Positions 56,297 through 64,000 of a stretch of DNA of 64,000 nucleotides are shown here, one piece after another (the first letter of the stretch is position 1; each line of letters starts with the position of its first letter). The notes under the pieces were generated by a model, which saw only the letters and a list, made by a program, of their open reading frames with translations, did no database searches and was not told where the DNA came from. Made by a program: the position numbers and the translations under genes. Location: assembly GCA_038534195.1 (NCBI GenBank), contig JBCAXE010000014.1, positions 2,604 through 66,603 on the forward strand, given 5' to 3'. This stretch comes from Pseudomonadota bacterium. GTDB taxonomy: Bacteria > Pseudomonadota > Alphaproteobacteria > Caulobacterales > Parvularculaceae.

Positions 56297-56608
56297 ATGG
56301 AAGAGTTTATATTTGAAAATGTGTGGCTGGTGATCGCGGCGACAGCGCTGTTTGCATTTACGATTGGGAGGATGGTGGGTTCCGGTGCGCCTTCCATCGA
56401 GCAGGAAGCGCAAGAGATGGTCTCGCAGCAACATGCTGAAGAGGCATTTTCAGCTCTATCGCCCACAACTCAAGACGAGGTTGATCATCTTATCACCGAA
56501 GGAAAAGTTATTGAGGCGATTAAAACGATCCGAACCGAGTCCGGCTATGGGTTGCGTCAAGCAAAGGCGATCGCCGACAATCGCCGCCGTATGTTGAAAG
56601 GCGCATAG
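56297..56608 (+). CDS. Small membrane-anchored protein with ribosomal L7/L12 C-terminal-like domain
   Basis: TM helix VWLVIAATALFAFTIGRMVG, then GKVIEAIKTIRTESGYGLRQAKAIADN, which resembles the L7/L12 CTD motif KIxVIKxVRxxTGLGLKEAK. The ATG at 56297 follows AAAGGA. Confidence 0.5.
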   Translation: MEEFIFENVWLVIAATALFAFTIGRMVGSGAPSIEQEAQEMVSQQHAEEAFSALSPTTQDEVDHLITEGKVIEAIKTIRTESGYGLRQAKAIADNRRRMLKGA

Positions 56609-56707
56609 GCGCGGTTTTCCCCAAGTTTCGCCACGCACGTTAAGTTAAATGGTGGCGGTTAGCTTGTTTGACGTGTGGCGGGCGTTCCTTAAGGGGTTAT
56701 ATTCCGA

Positions 56708-56998
56708 TCATGATCGAGACATGGTCTCATAGAATTGGACGCTTTTCACATATGGGTTCGTTTGAGCCATTTTATCGGCGGCCTCAAAGCTTTCAGCCTC
56801 AATGATCATATATCCAGTGAGCGCGTCGGGTCCGAGCGTAAGGTCCTTTACGCCATCGTCGGAAATTTCGCGTCCGCGCGGTAAATGCGCTTGCTCCACA
56901 ATATTTTCTTTGATCGATGCGAACCACGCACTCCATTTTTCCATAATTTCGGGCGTCGGTTTTTCAAACCCGTATGTCAGAAATAGAAACTTCGCCAT
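56708..56998 (-). CDS. YciI/DGPF-like dimeric alpha-beta barrel protein
   Basis: 96 aa. MAKFLFLTYGFEKPTPEIMEKWSAWF...GYMIIEAESFEAADKMAQTNPYV fits the YCII-related pattern. Confidence 0.45.
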   Translation of the reverse strand: MAKFLFLTYGFEKPTPEIMEKWSAWFASIKENIVEQAHLPRGREISDDGVKDLTLGPDALTGYMIIEAESFEAADKMAQTNPYVKSVQFYETMSRS

Positions 56999-57038
56999 TT
57001 GTAATTGCCTTTAACAGCTGCACCATCCTTGTGGAATG

Positions 57039-57887
57039 TCAGCTTTTCGATTTCAACACATCCTTAATAAGAGCGCTCTCGGCCTGACGATTGCGCAGCG
57101 TTCCAAATTCCTGGGCACGCATGATTTCCGCCGCGTCAGAGGCAAGCGCAGCATACGCGCTCCATGCCAAACCGCTGCCGACACTGATGCGAGCGACGCC
57201 GGCGCCGGCGAGGTCTTCCACCGAACACTTTGTAAGCTCTCCCATAACCAAGACGTTCACCGGCTTATCAATCGATGCGCATACCTGTTTCACGGCCGTC
57301 AGGTCAGGAAGTCCAGGCGCAAAAAGAATGTCGGCGCCGGCGTCGGAATATTTCTGTAGTTGGCGAATAACGTCTTCAAGCTTTGCGTGTCCGTGAAGAA
57401 GAGCTTCAGCGCGCGCCGTCAGCACAAAGCCGGTCTTTTGCGCGACCTCCGCGGCGGCCGCTATTCTCTCGACTGCAAGTGCTTCCTCAAAGATTGGCTG
57501 CTCGTCGTCGCCGGTTGAGTCTTCGATCGATCCGCCAGCCAGCTCTGTCTTTGCCGCCTGTCGAATCGTTTCGGCCGCATCTTCCGGCGTTGGTCCAAAT
57601 CCATTCTCAAAATCAGCGGAAACAGGGACGTCGACGCTCGCCGCGATAGTTGCCGCATGGGCGAGCGCTTCTTCGCGCGTAACGCCATAGTCCTCGCGTC
57701 CAAGCGTGAGTGCGAATCCGGCGCTCGTGGTCGCCAGCGCCTGAAAGCAGGCATGTTCGAGGATGCGCGCAGATCCGGCGTCCCATGGGTTTGGCATGAT
57801 GAAAGGGGCGCCTGTTTGATGTAGGGCCTTAAACGTTTCTGCTTTTGAGTTCAGCATATTTGGCGTCTCAACGGTAATGTCGCGCAC
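57039..57887 (-). CDS. Isocitrate lyase/PEP mutase superfamily protein (2-methylisocitrate lyase-like)
   Basis: FIMPNPWDAGSARILEHACFQALATTSAGFA...VPVSADFENGFG...AGGSIEDS. Confidence 0.8.
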   Translation of the reverse strand: MRDITVETPNMLNSKAETFKALHQTGAPFIMPNPWDAGSARILEHACFQALATTSAGFALTLGREDYGVTREEALAHAATIAASVDVPVSADFENGFGPTPEDAAETIRQAAKTELAGGSIEDSTGDDEQPIFEEALAVERIAAAAEVAQKTGFVLTARAEALLHGHAKLEDVIRQLQKYSDAGADILFAPGLPDLTAVKQVCASIDKPVNVLVMGELTKCSVEDLAGAGVARISVGSGLAWSAYAALASDAAEIMRAQEFGTLRNRQAESALIKDVLKSKS

Positions 57888-58041
57888 CGGCGTCGGCGTT
57901 CAATTGCGCTGGCGACATTCATCAAACTCAGCATGCAAGCCGGTTAGGAGGTTTCCATCTGCCGCCGAATAGCAATCGAACTCTAGCATACGATACAGGC
58001 CTGAATAGCCCGCGTCGATCCACCCTTGCGATCTAAAATGC

Positions 58042-58078
58042 AAAAGCCGCCGTCGGCAATCCGGCGGCGGCTTTTTCA
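58042..58078 (-). terminator. Rho-independent terminator downstream of rpoH (bidirectional shape)
   Basis: AAAAGCCGCCGTCGG-CAAT-CCGGCGGCGGCTTTTT forms an 11-bp GC-rich stem with one mismatch. A/T runs flank both sides. It lies 35-71 nt past the rpoH stop. Confidence 0.7.
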
Positions 58079-58112
58079 TTATCTTGATGAGTGAACGTTA
58101 CGCGTGAACTTC

Positions 58113-59024
58113 TTATACATCGTCCGCTTGCGGATTTGCATGGGCCTCTTTGGACATCCGCTTCATAGCCTTCTGCAATTTCTCAAAGGCGCGAACCTCA
58201 ATCTGGCGAACGCGTTCCCGGCTCACATTGTAGACTTTGCTCAATTCCTCAAGTGTTGAAGGGTTTTCCTTGAGGCGCCGTTCCGTGAGAATATGTTGCT
58301 CACGTTCATTAAGGTTTTTCAGCGCTTCGCCAAGAAGCTCCATACGCATATCGTATTCGTCATCTCGAACAAGTTGCGCTTCAGCGTTGACGGCATTGTC
58401 GTCGACGAGCCAATCCTGCCATTCGCCGCCGCCTTCGGCGTCTTTTCCCATTGGGGCGTTCAATGATGCTTCGCCGCCCGACATGCGACGATTCATGGAA
58501 ATCACTTCGTCATTGGTGACGCCCAGCTTTGTGGCGATGTGCTCCACCTGATCAGGGTGCAGATCGCCTTCGTCAACGGCGTCAATCTGCCCCTTGATTT
58601 TGCGCAGGTTGAAGAACAGCTTTTTCTGCGCCGCCGTGGTTCCGATTTTCACAAGACTCCATGACCGCAAAATGTATTCCTGGATCGAGGCGCGAATCCA
58701 CCACATGGCGTACGTCGCGAGCCGGAATCCCTTCTCCGGGTCGAAGCGTTTCACCGCCTGCATCAACCCGACATTGCCTTCGGAAATCACTTCACCGATC
58801 GGCAGGCCATAACCGCGATAGCCCATGGCGATCTTCGCGACGAGGCGCAAATGCGAATTCACGAGCTGTTCGGCTGCTTCAGGGTCCTCATGTTCGGAAA
58901 AACGCTTCGCCAGCATATATTCCTCATCCTTTTCAAGCATGGGGAATTTACGGATTTCGGTCAGATACCTGGAAAGGCTTCCTTCTGGCGTCAAAGCGGT
59001 TGTTCTCGTGAGGGCTGTGCTCAT
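58113..59024 (-). CDS. rpoH: RNA polymerase heat-shock sigma factor RpoH (sigma-32)
   Basis: Region 2 LVAKIAMGYRGYGLPIGEVISEGNVGLMQAVKRFDPEKGFRLATYAMWWIRASI and RpoH box AAQKKLFFNLRK. Confidence 0.95.
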   Translation of the reverse strand: MSTALTRTTALTPEGSLSRYLTEIRKFPMLEKDEEYMLAKRFSEHEDPEAAEQLVNSHLRLVAKIAMGYRGYGLPIGEVISEGNVGLMQAVKRFDPEKGFRLATYAMWWIRASIQEYILRSWSLVKIGTTAAQKKLFFNLRKIKGQIDAVDEGDLHPDQVEHIATKLGVTNDEVISMNRRMSGGEASLNAPMGKDAEGGGEWQDWLVDDNAVNAEAQLVRDDEYDMRMELLGEALKNLNEREQHILTERRLKENPSTLEELSKVYNVSRERVRQIEVRAFEKLQKAMKRMSKEAHANPQADDV

Positions 59025-59305
59025 GTCGATTACTCTCTCAAATCTTGTAGTGAAGACCCCGTCGAAACGCCTGGCGGCGCTTGATGACCTTCATATGGTG
59101 TCAAATACGCGAATTTCCAGTGGTTAGATTGTTCGATACGGCTGGAACATGGGCTAAAACCCCCGGATTTACTAATCATCTCGCAATCACTGCAGTGCAA
59201 AATATCGTGATTGAAGGCGGTCAGGCGCGGGTTCGAATGAATTCATTTCCTGATTTTTATGTAATATTTTTAGGGGCTTAGAGGGCGGCGCGCGTTTGGC
59301 TCCAT

Positions 59306-60334
59306 TCAGAGCTTTGACAGGGCTTCCTTCAAACGCGCGAAATCGGGCGGATCGTTCGCCTCAAAGCTGAGCGGCTCCCCTGTTATCGGATGGGCGAAGC
59401 CCAGAATTTTCGCGTGGAGCGCCTGACGCCTGAATTTAGACACCGTGCAAAGCGCGGTGTCAGCGGTCGGATCGACTGGTTTGACGCCGGAAAGGCCCGG
59501 TCCGCGGCCATAAACGGGATCGCCGATCAGGGGATGACCGATCGACGCCAGATGAACGCGAATTTGGTGGGTGCGCCCGGTTTCCAGACGGCACTCCAGA
59601 AGGCTCGCCACCGCATCGCCCTTAAGCTTTGCGCGGTTCCTGCCGTACGCCTCGAGAATTTTGTAATGAGTGACTGCGCGCCGCGCATCGGGGCGGTCGG
59701 GGTCACTCACGACGGCGAATTTTTTGCGGTCGCCGGGCGCGCGTCCGATTGGCGCGTCGATTGTTCCGAGACCGGGGCGGGGCGCGCCATGGGTGATAGC
59801 CTCATAAACGCGCGTAATATCGTGTACGGAAAAAGCAGCGGTGAGCGCTTTGTGCGCCTGGTCGTGTTTCGCGATCACGAGCAGGCCCGACGTATCCTTA
59901 TCGATCCGATGAACAATGCCGGGTCGCGCGACGCCGCCGACGCCCGATAAACTGTCGCCGCAATGATAAATCAGCGCATTGACGAGCGTGCCGGTCCAGT
60001 GACCTGCGGCCGGATGTACGACCATGCCCGCCGGCTTGTTGACTACAATCAACGCATCATCTTCGTAGGCCACATCAAGCGGAATATTTTCGGGTTTCGG
60101 GGTTGGGGCGGCGACCTCCGGAATTGTCAGCACGAAATGTTCTCCTTCGCGCATCTTCCAGGAAGGGTCAGTGAAGCGCTCCCCGTTGCGCACGAGCGCG
60201 CCGTCTTCAATCAACGCTTTCAGGCGTGTCCGTGTCAGGCCCTCGATTTGTTCTGACAGCCACTTATCAAGGCGCGCGCCACTGTCTTCTGCGGCGATCT
60301 CGAAGGCGTGCGTGTTGGCGTCTTGGTCCGTCAT
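59306..60334 (-). CDS. rluD: RluA-family 23S rRNA pseudouridine synthase (RluD-like)
   Basis: N-terminal S4 domain (ARLDKWLSEQIEGLTRTRLKALIEDGALVRNG) and catalytic HRIDKDTSGLLVIAK. Confidence 0.88.
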   Translation of the reverse strand: MTDQDANTHAFEIAAEDSGARLDKWLSEQIEGLTRTRLKALIEDGALVRNGERFTDPSWKMREGEHFVLTIPEVAAPTPKPENIPLDVAYEDDALIVVNKPAGMVVHPAAGHWTGTLVNALIYHCGDSLSGVGGVARPGIVHRIDKDTSGLLVIAKHDQAHKALTAAFSVHDITRVYEAITHGAPRPGLGTIDAPIGRAPGDRKKFAVVSDPDRPDARRAVTHYKILEAYGRNRAKLKGDAVASLLECRLETGRTHQIRVHLASIGHPLIGDPVYGRGPGLSGVKPVDPTADTALCTVSKFRRQALHAKILGFAHPITGEPLSFEANDPPDFARLKEALSKL

Positions 60335-60399
60335 CAGCGGCGGATGTCATGGGCCCATCTGGTTTGTCAATGGCTGGCGGCTCGACGTTTTCAGCGCCC

Positions 60400-60428
60400 T
60401 TGACAGGTTGCCAATTTAACTTTATAAA
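60400..60428 (+). promoter_or_regulatory. Near-consensus sigma70-type promoter upstream of the membrane protein / wHTH gene pair
   Basis: TTGACA (60400-60405), a 17-nt spacer, then TATAAA (60423-60428). The RBS CAGGAGGGA and the ATG at 60453 follow. Confidence 0.45.
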
Positions 60429-60452
60429 ATAAAGTAATTTGCAGGAGGGATT

Positions 60453-61097
60453 ATGAGCAAGGTTACTATGGAAACCGTCGCCGACGACCTCGCCTATGCG
60501 CGCTCGATTGCGGAGGAGGGGCGGGCGGCCCCGTTGTTAGGCGGACGTCAATTTGTGATTTGGGGCTTGGTGGTTGTCATCGGGTCGATGTTCACATGGG
60601 CGACAGTGTCGCGAGCGGCGCCGTTTCCACCGGTGAGCATTCTTTTTGTTTGGCTCGGGCTGACGGCGGCGGGCTGGATTTACAGCTTTGCGACAGGATC
60701 GAAACTGGCGCAGAAACCAGGCGCGCAGACGACCGGCGCAAAGGTCGAGCAAGCGGTATGGGTCGCATCGGGGGCGTTCTTCGGATTGCTTGCAACGAGT
60801 TTCACGTTCGTCGCTGCGACCGGCGCTAACGGAGAAGCCGCGGCTTGGCTTCTTTATGCGGCGCTGCCGCCGGTTATTTTCGGCGTCTATGCCGTCGCCC
60901 TGACAGCGACTATGGTCGCGTCGAGCGCGTCCTATTTAAAGCCGTTTATCGTTTTATCCTACATTTTCGCGATTATAACGGCGCTGTTGATCGGCTCGCT
61001 TTTTCAATTCTTTGCCACGTCGATTGGAATCCTGCTTGTGTCGGTGGTCCCCGGGGTCTTAATGCTCCGCCGGGAACCGGATGATCTGGCGTCGTAA
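60453..61097 (+). CDS. Polytopic membrane protein of unknown function (214 aa)
   Basis: About 5-6 TM helices. It sits upstream of, and on the same strand as, a small winged-helix regulator. Confidence 0.6.
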   Translation: MSKVTMETVADDLAYARSIAEEGRAAPLLGGRQFVIWGLVVVIGSMFTWATVSRAAPFPPVSILFVWLGLTAAGWIYSFATGSKLAQKPGAQTTGAKVEQAVWVASGAFFGLLATSFTFVAATGANGEAAAWLLYAALPPVIFGVYAVALTATMVASSASYLKPFIVLSYIFAIITALLIGSLFQFFATSIGILLVSVVPGVLMLRREPDDLAS

Positions 61098-61126
61098 TAC
61101 GAATGAAGGCCCACACGAAGTAAGGC

Positions 61127-61453
61127 ATGAGCAAATCGACTGATCATTTGCCGAACGATTATCGCGCCATCAATGACGTGATCCACGGACGCGTGCGGCT
61201 TGCGGTCATGGCGTATCTTTCCGGCGCCGGCACGGCGGATTTCGGCGAATTGCGTGCGAAAGTGGGGGGGACGGATGGAAATCTCTCGGTCCACATCCGA
61301 AAACTGGAGGAAGCGCGATACATCAAAGTCGAAAAGCGCTTCAAGGGGCGAAGACCTCAAACGCTTTGCCATCTGACGGCGAAGGGACGCGAAGCCTGGA
61401 TCGCCTACATTGGACAGATGGAAGCGATGCTGGGGATGAAGGCGGCCGAATAA
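61127..61453 (+). CDS. Winged-helix DNA-binding transcriptional regulator (108 aa)
   Basis: IHGRVRLAVMAYLSGAGTADFGELRAKVGGTDGNLSVHIRKLEEARYIKVEKRFKGRRPQT is an ArsR/MarR-like wHTH pattern. Confidence 0.7.
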   Translation: MSKSTDHLPNDYRAINDVIHGRVRLAVMAYLSGAGTADFGELRAKVGGTDGNLSVHIRKLEEARYIKVEKRFKGRRPQTLCHLTAKGREAWIAYIGQMEAMLGMKAAE

Positions 61454-61547
61454 CGCGGGTCGCGCCGCTTGAAGTCGCTGTGCCCACGATCCATGTTCCC
61501 CGAAACGTATCGGCGCGCTTTAACGGCGCGCTGGGCAGGAGCAGGCA

Positions 61548-63446
61548 ATGACGTCTGGCGCGTCCATTCAGGAAGAATCGCAAAGGGTCCAGGCCGACAT
61601 CGACCGCGGCTCCAGCTTTGCCTCGGAGCTTGAAAAAGACCGCGCCCATCGCGAAAAGGCGCGCAGCGCAAAACCGCTGAAGCGCTTGGCGCCGTTTGTC
61701 TTCAGATATCCAGGGCTGCTTGCGGGCTTCGCCGTTTTTCTGGCGCTTGCCTCGGGATTGACGCTTGTTTTACCGGCGGCGTTTCGGCTTGTGGTTGATT
61801 GCGGATTTGGCGGCGCGTCCGACGCCGCGGTCTGCGAAACATTCGCTTACGGCGATCAACTCGGCGGCTATTTTCTCGCCGGAATTCTGGTGGCTTTTTT
61901 TCTTGGCCTCGCGAGCGCCATGCGCTTTTACTTTATCAGCCGGCTTGGCGAGCGCGTCGTCGCCGATTTGCGCCGCGCGGTGTACGACCATCTGTTGACG
62001 TTAAGCCCTGGTTTTTACGCCAAGACACGCACGGGCGAAGTGTTGTCACGCCTGACGACGGACACAACGCTGATCCAGACGGTTGTCGGCTCTTCCATAT
62101 CGGTCGCGATCCGAACAGTGGCGACCACATTCGGCGCAATTGCATTGATGTTTGTCGTCAACTGGCAGTTGACGCTCATGGTGTTGGCGGTGGGCCCGTT
62201 AATCCTTGGACCAATCATGTTGTTCGGCCGGCGGGTACAGCGCCTTTCACGGGACAGTCAGGATAATCTGGCGGAGGCGTCCGCGCGCGCGAGCGAGTCC
62301 TTGCGCGCCGTCGAAACAGTGCAAGCGTTTACGCGGGAAGACGCCGAGCGCGGAAATTTTGCAAACGCGGTGGAAAACACATTCGCAGTCGCCCTGAAGC
62401 GCATTCGCGTGCGCGCCGCCATGACTGCGCTAATCACATCGGTTGTCCTCACCGGACTAATTGGCGTTTTGTGGTTCGGCGCCGTTCAGGTCCAGGGCGG
62501 CGCCATTACGCCCGGCGCCATGACGCAATTTGTCATGTATTCATTTATCGCGGTAAGCGGCGTCGGCATGTTGACGGAAACGTATGCGGAGGTCATGAGG
62601 GCGGCGGGCGCCACCGAGCGCTTAATGGAAATTCTGGGCGCGTCATCGGAGATCAAGTCGCCGCCGGCGCCCGCTTCATTGCCACAACCGGTTAGCGGAG
62701 CGTTGCGTTTTGAAAATGTCACGTTCGCTTATCCAGCGCGACCAGAGACGACGGTCTTGCATAATGTATCCTTGCAAGTCAGGCCCGGACAAACAGTGGC
62801 GCTTGTCGGGCCCTCCGGCGCCGGTAAGAGCACTATGTTCCAGTTGCTGTTGCGGTTTTACGACCCGCAAAGCGGCGTTGTTTACCTGGACGGCGCGCCG
62901 CTTGCGACTGTCGATCCGGCCGCGTTGCGCAAGCAAATCTCGATCGTCCAGCAACAGGCGCCCCTATTTGCAGGGACGGCGCTCGATAATATCCGCTTCG
63001 GCCGGCCGGGCGCCCGCGACGATGAAGTGCGCGCCGCCGCCATTGCGGCGAACGCCCATGATTTTATTGCAGCGCTGCCGAACGGTTACGACACGCCGCT
63101 CGGCGAGGGCGCGACCACGCTTTCGGGCGGGCAGCGTCAGCGTCTCGCCATTGCGCGCGCGATCCTGCGCGATGCGCCGGTTTTGCTATTAGACGAAGCC
63201 ACAAGCGCCCTCGATTCAGAAAGCGAGCGGGCAATCCAGGATGCCTTTGAAAAGATTTCAGCCGATCGTACAACGCTCGTGATCGCTCACCGGCTTTCGA
63301 CGGTGTTGAAAGCGGATCTCATCGCCGTGATGAAAGACGGTCGAATCGTCGATCAGGGAACGCATCATGAGTTGCTCGCTCGCGGCGGCCTATACGCGCG
63401 CCTCGCCGAGTTGCAATTCGGTCAGCAAACCGCGGCGGCTGAATAG
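61548..63446 (+). CDS. ABC exporter, fused permease/ATPase (ABCB/MsbA-like half transporter)
   Basis: Six-TM domain, Walker A GPSGAGKST, signature LSGGQRQRLAIARA and Walker B VLLLDEATSALD. Confidence 0.92.
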   Translation: MTSGASIQEESQRVQADIDRGSSFASELEKDRAHREKARSAKPLKRLAPFVFRYPGLLAGFAVFLALASGLTLVLPAAFRLVVDCGFGGASDAAVCETFAYGDQLGGYFLAGILVAFFLGLASAMRFYFISRLGERVVADLRRAVYDHLLTLSPGFYAKTRTGEVLSRLTTDTTLIQTVVGSSISVAIRTVATTFGAIALMFVVNWQLTLMVLAVGPLILGPIMLFGRRVQRLSRDSQDNLAEASARASESLRAVETVQAFTREDAERGNFANAVENTFAVALKRIRVRAAMTALITSVVLTGLIGVLWFGAVQVQGGAITPGAMTQFVMYSFIAVSGVGMLTETYAEVMRAAGATERLMEILGASSEIKSPPAPASLPQPVSGALRFENVTFAYPARPETTVLHNVSLQVRPGQTVALVGPSGAGKSTMFQLLLRFYDPQSGVVYLDGAPLATVDPAALRKQISIVQQQAPLFAGTALDNIRFGRPGARDDEVRAAAIAANAHDFIAALPNGYDTPLGEGATTLSGGQRQRLAIARAILRDAPVLLLDEATSALDSESERAIQDAFEKISADRTTLVIAHRLSTVLKADLIAVMKDGRIVDQGTHHELLARGGLYARLAELQFGQQTAAAE

Positions 63447-63453
63447 CGCTGCA

Positions 63454-64000
63454 TCAAGCTGCACTGCGAACAACCGTTGTGGTGGGGAAGGGGATTTCGA
63501 TCCCTTCGGCGTCAAACCGTTCTTTGACGGCTTGGGTCAACGCCCATTTGACAGGGAAATAATCGCTCGCATTCACCCAAACGCGGCAGATGATATCAAC
63601 GGAGCTGTCGCCGAGATTATCCACGGCGACAACCGCTTCCGGCGATGCGAGGCCGCGTTTTTCTTTTCCTACTTCGTCTTTGATGAGCGTCACGGCCTTG
63701 TTGAGGTCATCGCCGTAAGAGACGCCGAATACAAGGTCTACGCGCCGCGTGTCGTAGGCTGAGAAATTGACGATTGAAGACGACCATACTTCGCTATTCG
63801 GCATAATGATTTTTTTGTTATCCGCTGTCGCCAATTCGGTTGTGAATAGCGTGATCGCCCGAACGCTGCCTTCCAGTCCCGCGGCCTGGATATAATCGCC
63901 GATCTTGAAGGGCCGGAAAGCGAGAAGCATGACGCCGGATGCGAGATGGCCGAGAGTTCCTTGCAGCGCCAGTCCAACAGCGAGCCCGGCGGCGCCCACC
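63454..64000 (-). CDS. MscS-family mechanosensitive channel, C-terminal part (gene runs off the right edge)
   Basis: LALQGTLGHLASGVMLLAFRPFKIGDYIQAAGLEGSVRAITLFTTELATADNKKIIMPNSEVWSSSIVNFS is the MscS TM3/beta-domain signature. Confidence 0.88.
   Translation of the reverse strand, partial: VGAAGLAVGLALQGTLGHLASGVMLLAFRPFKIGDYIQAAGLEGSVRAITLFTTELATADNKKIIMPNSEVWSSSIVNFSAYDTRRVDLVFGVSYGDDLNKAVTLIKDEVGKEKRGLASPEAVVAVDNLGDSSVDIICRVWVNASDYFPVKWALTQAVKERFDAEGIEIPFPTTTVVRSAA

Noticed and set aside
59230-59238. GGTTCGAAT, a tRNA T-loop-like motif in the rpoH upstream region
   Set aside because: The flanks (GCGCG...GAATTC) cannot form a T-stem, and no acceptor or anticodon arms can be drawn. It is not a tRNA or a tRNA fragment that I can support.
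59188-59252. 10-bp palindromes CACTGCAGTG (59188-59197) and ATGAATTCAT (59243-59252) in the rpoH leader as possible operators
   Set aside because: About 60 perfect 10-bp palindromes are expected by chance in 64 kb. There is no recurrence and no positional argument.
1-64000. Search for CRISPR arrays, rRNA or tRNA genes, IS elements, integrases and recognisable defence systems
   Set aside because: I saw no regularly spaced repeats, no rRNA- or tRNA-like sequences, and no transposase, recombinase or recognised defence-gene signatures in any frame. The only phage-like gene is the isolated CI-like repressor.

Overview
The gene content (FlaF/FlbT, DUF1217, MotE-like, RpoH, nuo operon with inserted ORFs) points to an alphaproteobacterial chromosome segment. 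It has four blocks. (1) 1-31148: a nearly complete flagellar supercluster of about 36 genes in five or six tightly coupled operons. These are flgBC-fliE-fliQ-flhA-fliR-flhB; fliI; flagellin-flaF-flbT-DUF1217; flgJ-like/flgN-like; fliK-flgD; fliL2-x-motE-like, motA-X-flgFG-flgA-flgH-fliL; fliF-fliH-like-fliN-fliP-fliG; fliM-like; and motB-flgE-flgK-flgL-flgI. Many junctions are 4-nt ATGA/GTGA overlaps. (2) 31149-34258: a visibly AT-richer junction holding a tandem-PilZ protein, two XRE regulators and a GT-C-like membrane protein. (3) 34415-46174: nuoA-B-C-D-E-F-G interspersed with about ten accessory ORFs (GFA, hotdog-like, Cys-rich, PaaI thioesterase, small membrane proteins, GNAT). One opposite-strand CI/LexA-like repressor module also sits inside the cluster. 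nuoH-N do not follow nuoG within this window. (4) 46171-64000: housekeeping and miscellaneous genes (DUF2236, second GFA, serine hydrolase, rsmD, rluB, tadA, EEP nuclease, acyl-CoA dehydrogenase, MAPEG, PEP-mutase family, rpoH, rluD, ABC exporter, MscS). I saw no rRNA, tRNA, CRISPR array, transposase or integrase. The most interesting leads are: an uncharacterised 755-aa secreted protein translationally coupled between motA and flgF; a perfect 18-bp palindrome centred in the flgB/fliI divergent region; a tandem-PilZ protein at the cluster edge; and the unusual architecture of the nuo cluster. All family calls rest on motif recognition in the supplied translations, and no database search was possible.
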